Shown in pieces: positions 23,978 to 27,009 of a stretch of DNA of 27,009 bases; the first letter of the stretch is position 1; every line of letters begins with the position of its first letter. The stretch lies in the IMG/VR virus record IMGVR_UViG_3300042350_000102, positions 1 to 27,009 of that record, one strand, 5' to 3'. The notes under the pieces are model-generated. The model ran no database searches. It saw nothing but the letters and a program-made list of their open reading frames with translations, and was not told the origin of the DNA. Origin of the DNA: a virus (lineage: Duplodnaviria > Caudoviricetes). The position numbers were made by a program, and so were the translations under genes.

Positions 23978-25498
23978 ATGGCATTAACCAAAGCAACTTA
24001 TTCCATGATTACTGGCGCAAGCATTAACGTGCTTGATTATGGCGCTACTGGCAATGGCACTACGGATGACACAACGGCAATTCAAGCCGCTGTAAACGCT
24101 GGCGTTGCACAAAATAAAGCGGTGTATTTTCCAAATGGAACTTACATCATTACTTCCACAATAAACTTACCAAACAACATTGCATTACTTGGTGAAACAC
24201 CAAGAAAAATTAACCAAAATATAAATACATACGGCACAATTATTAAAACAGCCGCTGACATCACAATGATGAAAACAACGGCTGTAATGCCAGCGTTTAC
24301 ATTTGGTATTCGAATTGAAAATATTTCATTTTGGGGTAATGGAAGCACTGGTTCTGCATTGACCATTGGTGATGACGCTGAAAATCATTTGTCTTTTGGT
24401 ATTACGCTACGCAACATTGACATTGAGTATGTTGGCAATGGCATTAAATTAAATGGCGCTGCTTATGTGACATATCTTGAAAATATCACAATGGCTGGTA
24501 CAGACCGAGCAGGAAGCTACGGGATTTGGTATAGGCGTTGCCAGATTGCAGAATGTCATGCAATGAAGATTGAAAACTTTGCCAATCTTTACTTTATCCA
24601 ATGGAGTAGTCACATTTCGCTTTACGATTGCTCTGCATCTTTCAATGTTCCTGCAATTGCAAACGGCAATAATTTGCTAAGAATTTATGGCAGCTACCAT
24701 TGCAACTTTTATGGTTGCGTTTGGGAAAATCTGGCTGATAGTTCTGGGTCTGTTATTGAAGTAAACATTTTTGAATTTTTTAGCGATCCAGCAAAATCAA
24801 CAAGTAATCGTTTTTACAATTGCATTTGGAATGGAATTGGCACTAGCGCTTGCCGTGTAAAAATTGGAAGTCTTGTTCCGCTTGGGCCTGCGGTTGAAAA
24901 AACATACTTTGAAAACTGCACCTTTCTTAAATTCGGTACTGTTGCAACCGATTTTGCATTAGATAACGCACGGGGTACGGTGCTAAATCAATGCTACTCA
25001 ATTACTGGTTATGATGGTTCTGACGATGACCTGCCTTTTATGACTGGTGTTGATGCCGAGATGCAGATTTACAGCATTAACGGCATACAGTTTAACGGTG
25101 CGGAATCAACATTCTCGCCAGCTTTGACAAGCGTAAGCGGAGGGGGTGGTGTTGGTGTTGCATATTCGGCCCAAGTTGGAAATTGCTACAAGGTTGACAA
25201 GACTGTTACTTTTAACATTCGCATGACGCTCAGTAACAAAGGTGCAAATACTGGTAATGTTGCGCTTGGTAATTTGCCATTTGTTGCTGATGGTGGCGCG
25301 TCTGACACATACCCTGTAACAATTATTGGCACATCACTTGCCGCTGGTGTTACGCAACCCATTGTCGGCTACATCATTGGCGCATCGCAACAGATAAATT
25401 TGTTTAAGTTTGTGACTGGAAGCATTGGTCCATTGCTTGATACCGACTTAACGAACACAAGCAGCATCTTAATTTCTGGAACTTACATTGCGGTATAA
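23978..25498 (+). CDS. Tailspike/depolymerase with a pectate-lyase-like beta-helix
   Basis: NVLDYGATGNGTTDDTTAIQAA..VYFPNGTYII motif and Asn/Cys ladder repeats (FYGC, FYNC, FENC). Confidence 0.85.
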   Translation: MALTKATYSMITGASINVLDYGATGNGTTDDTTAIQAAVNAGVAQNKAVYFPNGTYIITSTINLPNNIALLGETPRKINQNINTYGTIIKTAADITMMKTTAVMPAFTFGIRIENISFWGNGSTGSALTIGDDAENHLSFGITLRNIDIEYVGNGIKLNGAAYVTYLENITMAGTDRAGSYGIWYRRCQIAECHAMKIENFANLYFIQWSSHISLYDCSASFNVPAIANGNNLLRIYGSYHCNFYGCVWENLADSSGSVIEVNIFEFFSDPAKSTSNRFYNCIWNGIGTSACRVKIGSLVPLGPAVEKTYFENCTFLKFGTVATDFALDNARGTVLNQCYSITGYDGSDDDLPFMTGVDAEMQIYSINGIQFNGAESTFSPALTSVSGGGGVGVAYSAQVGNCYKVDKTVTFNIRMTLSNKGANTGNVALGNLPFVADGGASDTYPVTIIGTSLAAGVTQPIVGYIIGASQQINLFKFVTGSIGPLLDTDLTNTSSILISGTYIAV

Positions 25499-25568
25499 AC
25501 GTGCCAGTCCGTTTGACTGGAAATCTTAATACCTGACTGGATAGTTGGGTTGGAAACAAGGAAATATC

Positions 25569-25808
25569 ATGGCTCTCGAAAAAATTGAAATTGTCGATCT
25601 GATTGAAGTAATTGAAAACGGTTCAATCCAAGTTCGCACCAAGACCGCTATCATGGAAGATGGAAAGCAAATCAGTAGCAACTTTCACCGCCACGTTGTC
25701 GTGCCCGGTGCTGACGTAAGCGCTGAAGATGCTAAAGTGCAAGCAATTGCAGCTGCTGTCCACACACCTGAAGTTATTGCTGCATATCAAGTTGCACAGC
25801 CAGAGTAA
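25569..25808 (+). CDS. Small tail-fibre-associated protein (possible chaperone)
   Basis: ATG 25569 after AAGGAA. IEV..NG.IQVR..EDG..IS..FHRHV motif. Follows the spike gene. Confidence 0.7.
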   Translation: MALEKIEIVDLIEVIENGSIQVRTKTAIMEDGKQISSNFHRHVVVPGADVSAEDAKVQAIAAAVHTPEVIAAYQVAQPE

Positions 25809-25873
25809 TCTGGTGTAAGATTAAAACAACTGTATCGGCCCAGTAGACCGAGGAATCTTAGGATTCATAAAAA

Positions 25874-26665
25874 ATGACTGAAGAAGTCCAAGCCCTAGCG
25901 GAAGTAGACTCCGCGCCAACCACGGATGTGACGGCCACACCTGAAGTTGCTGAAAGTACGCCGGAAGTCGCTGAGAACCAAGTCGAACAAGCCGCAGAGG
26001 AAAAGAAGTACTCTCAGGCTGAAATTGATGCGATGATCGGCAAACGCCTCGCAAGAGAGCAACGTAAGTGGGAAAGAGAGCAAGCAAATCGGTCTGCGGA
26101 ATCGCAAATCGTGAAAGCTGCACCAACTGCGTCCGTTGACCAGTTTGAAAGCCCTGAAGCCTATGCGGAAGCAATGGCCTATCAGAAAGCCGAAGAACTA
26201 TTGGCCAAACGTGAAGCAGCCAAGCAGCAATCAGCCGTTCTCGAAAGCTATCAAGAGCGTGAGGAAGCAGCGCGGGACAAGTATGATGACTTTGAACAAG
26301 TCGCCTACAACCCCAAGCTACCGATCACAAACGTGATGGCTGAAACGATCCAGTCTTCGGACATTGGGCCTGAGTTAGCGTACTACCTTGGCTCAAATCC
26401 AAAAGAAGCAGATCGCATCTCACGCATGACGCCACTCGGTCAGGCGAAAGAGATTGGGAAAATTGAAGCCAAATTGGCATCATCGCCCCCGATCAAGAAA
26501 ACAACATCTGCGCCCGCGCCGATTTCTCCTGTCACTGCACGCTCCGCTGGAGCAGCAACTTTGGACACTACAGACCCACGCTCTATCAAGAGCATGACGA
26601 CTTCGCAGTGGATTGAAGCTGAACGTGCAAGACAGATTAAGAAGCTACAAGCACAGACCCGCTAA
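25874..26665 (+). CDS. Scaffolding protein
   Basis: Acidic N-terminus, coiled coil, GPELAYYLG.NP.EA.RI..EIGKIEAKL and AP.PI.P motifs. Directly before the coat gene. Confidence 0.85.
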   Translation: MTEEVQALAEVDSAPTTDVTATPEVAESTPEVAENQVEQAAEEKKYSQAEIDAMIGKRLAREQRKWEREQANRSAESQIVKAAPTASVDQFESPEAYAEAMAYQKAEELLAKREAAKQQSAVLESYQEREEAARDKYDDFEQVAYNPKLPITNVMAETIQSSDIGPELAYYLGSNPKEADRISRMTPLGQAKEIGKIEAKLASSPPIKKTTSAPAPISPVTARSAGAATLDTTDPRSIKSMTTSQWIEAERARQIKKLQAQTR

Positions 26666-26684
26666 TTTTTAAAGGATTTTTAAA

Positions 26685-27009
26685 ATGTCTAACAGTATTC
26701 TGACCATTGACATGATCACAAGGAAGGCCTTGGAGATCTTGGAAAATAACCTCGTTCTTACCCGTAACGTGAACCGCCAGTATGACGACAGCTTCGCTGT
26801 TGAAGGTGCTAAGATTGGTTCAACCCTCCGTATCCGTTTACCTGACCGCGCTCTGGTAACTGACGGCGCCGCCTTGCAAGTTCAAGACGACAACGAGCAG
26901 TTCACCACTTTGACCGTTGCCAGCCAAAAGCACATCGGTGTCAACTTCACATCTGCTGAATTGACCATGCAATTGGATGACTTCGCAGAGCGTGTGTTGA
27001 AGCCTCGTA
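26685..27009 (+). CDS. Major capsid protein, P22 coat family (3'-truncated)
   Basis: MSNSILTIDMITRKALEILENNLVLTRNVNRQYDDSFAVEGAKIGSTLRIRLP. AAGGA RBS. Open to the window end. Confidence 0.92.
   Translation, partial: MSNSILTIDMITRKALEILENNLVLTRNVNRQYDDSFAVEGAKIGSTLRIRLPDRALVTDGAALQVQDDNEQFTTLTVASQKHIGVNFTSAELTMQLDDFAERVLKPR

Noticed and set aside
1-27009. tRNA, rRNA, integrase, transposase, reverse transcriptase or DGR
   Set aside because: No supporting motifs seen by eye. tRNAscan/Infernal and HMM searches would be needed to exclude them formally.

Overview
The window is about 27 kb of a tailed dsDNA phage genome with a P22-like head module (podovirus-like). A Gram-negative, probably proteobacterial, host is an inference. 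From left to right: (1) the end of the virion module with two putative ejection proteins; (2) a lysis cassette of several membrane proteins, a 3TM GTA-type holin and an M15A endolysin; (3) a leftward early operon with glutaredoxin, SF2 helicase, Cas4-like nuclease, DUF669 SSB, Sak4-like ATPase and many micro-ORFs; (4) a divergent control region with three TCWAGC-N5-GCTAGA operators and a single Cro/YdaS-like HTH gene, with no CI or integrase visible; (5) a C5 DNA methyltransferase locus, a primase-helicase with an ACCGAA iteron array, and a RusA-like resolvase; (6) terS, terL, portal, an inserted tailspike cassette, scaffold and the start of the major capsid gene. Three features stand out. First, the methyltransferase is written in two fully overlapping reading frames (EcoHK31I-like alpha/beta), and both frames cross a G14 tract where one extra G restores both at once, making it a candidate phase-variable switch. 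Second, the non-coding terS-terL gap holds a dif-like XerCD site, five DnaA boxes, two KOPS motifs and a 32-bp pure A/T tract. Third, a T4-holin-T-like TM+GAF protein sits next to a second holin. All family assignments come from motif recognition by eye; no database search was run.
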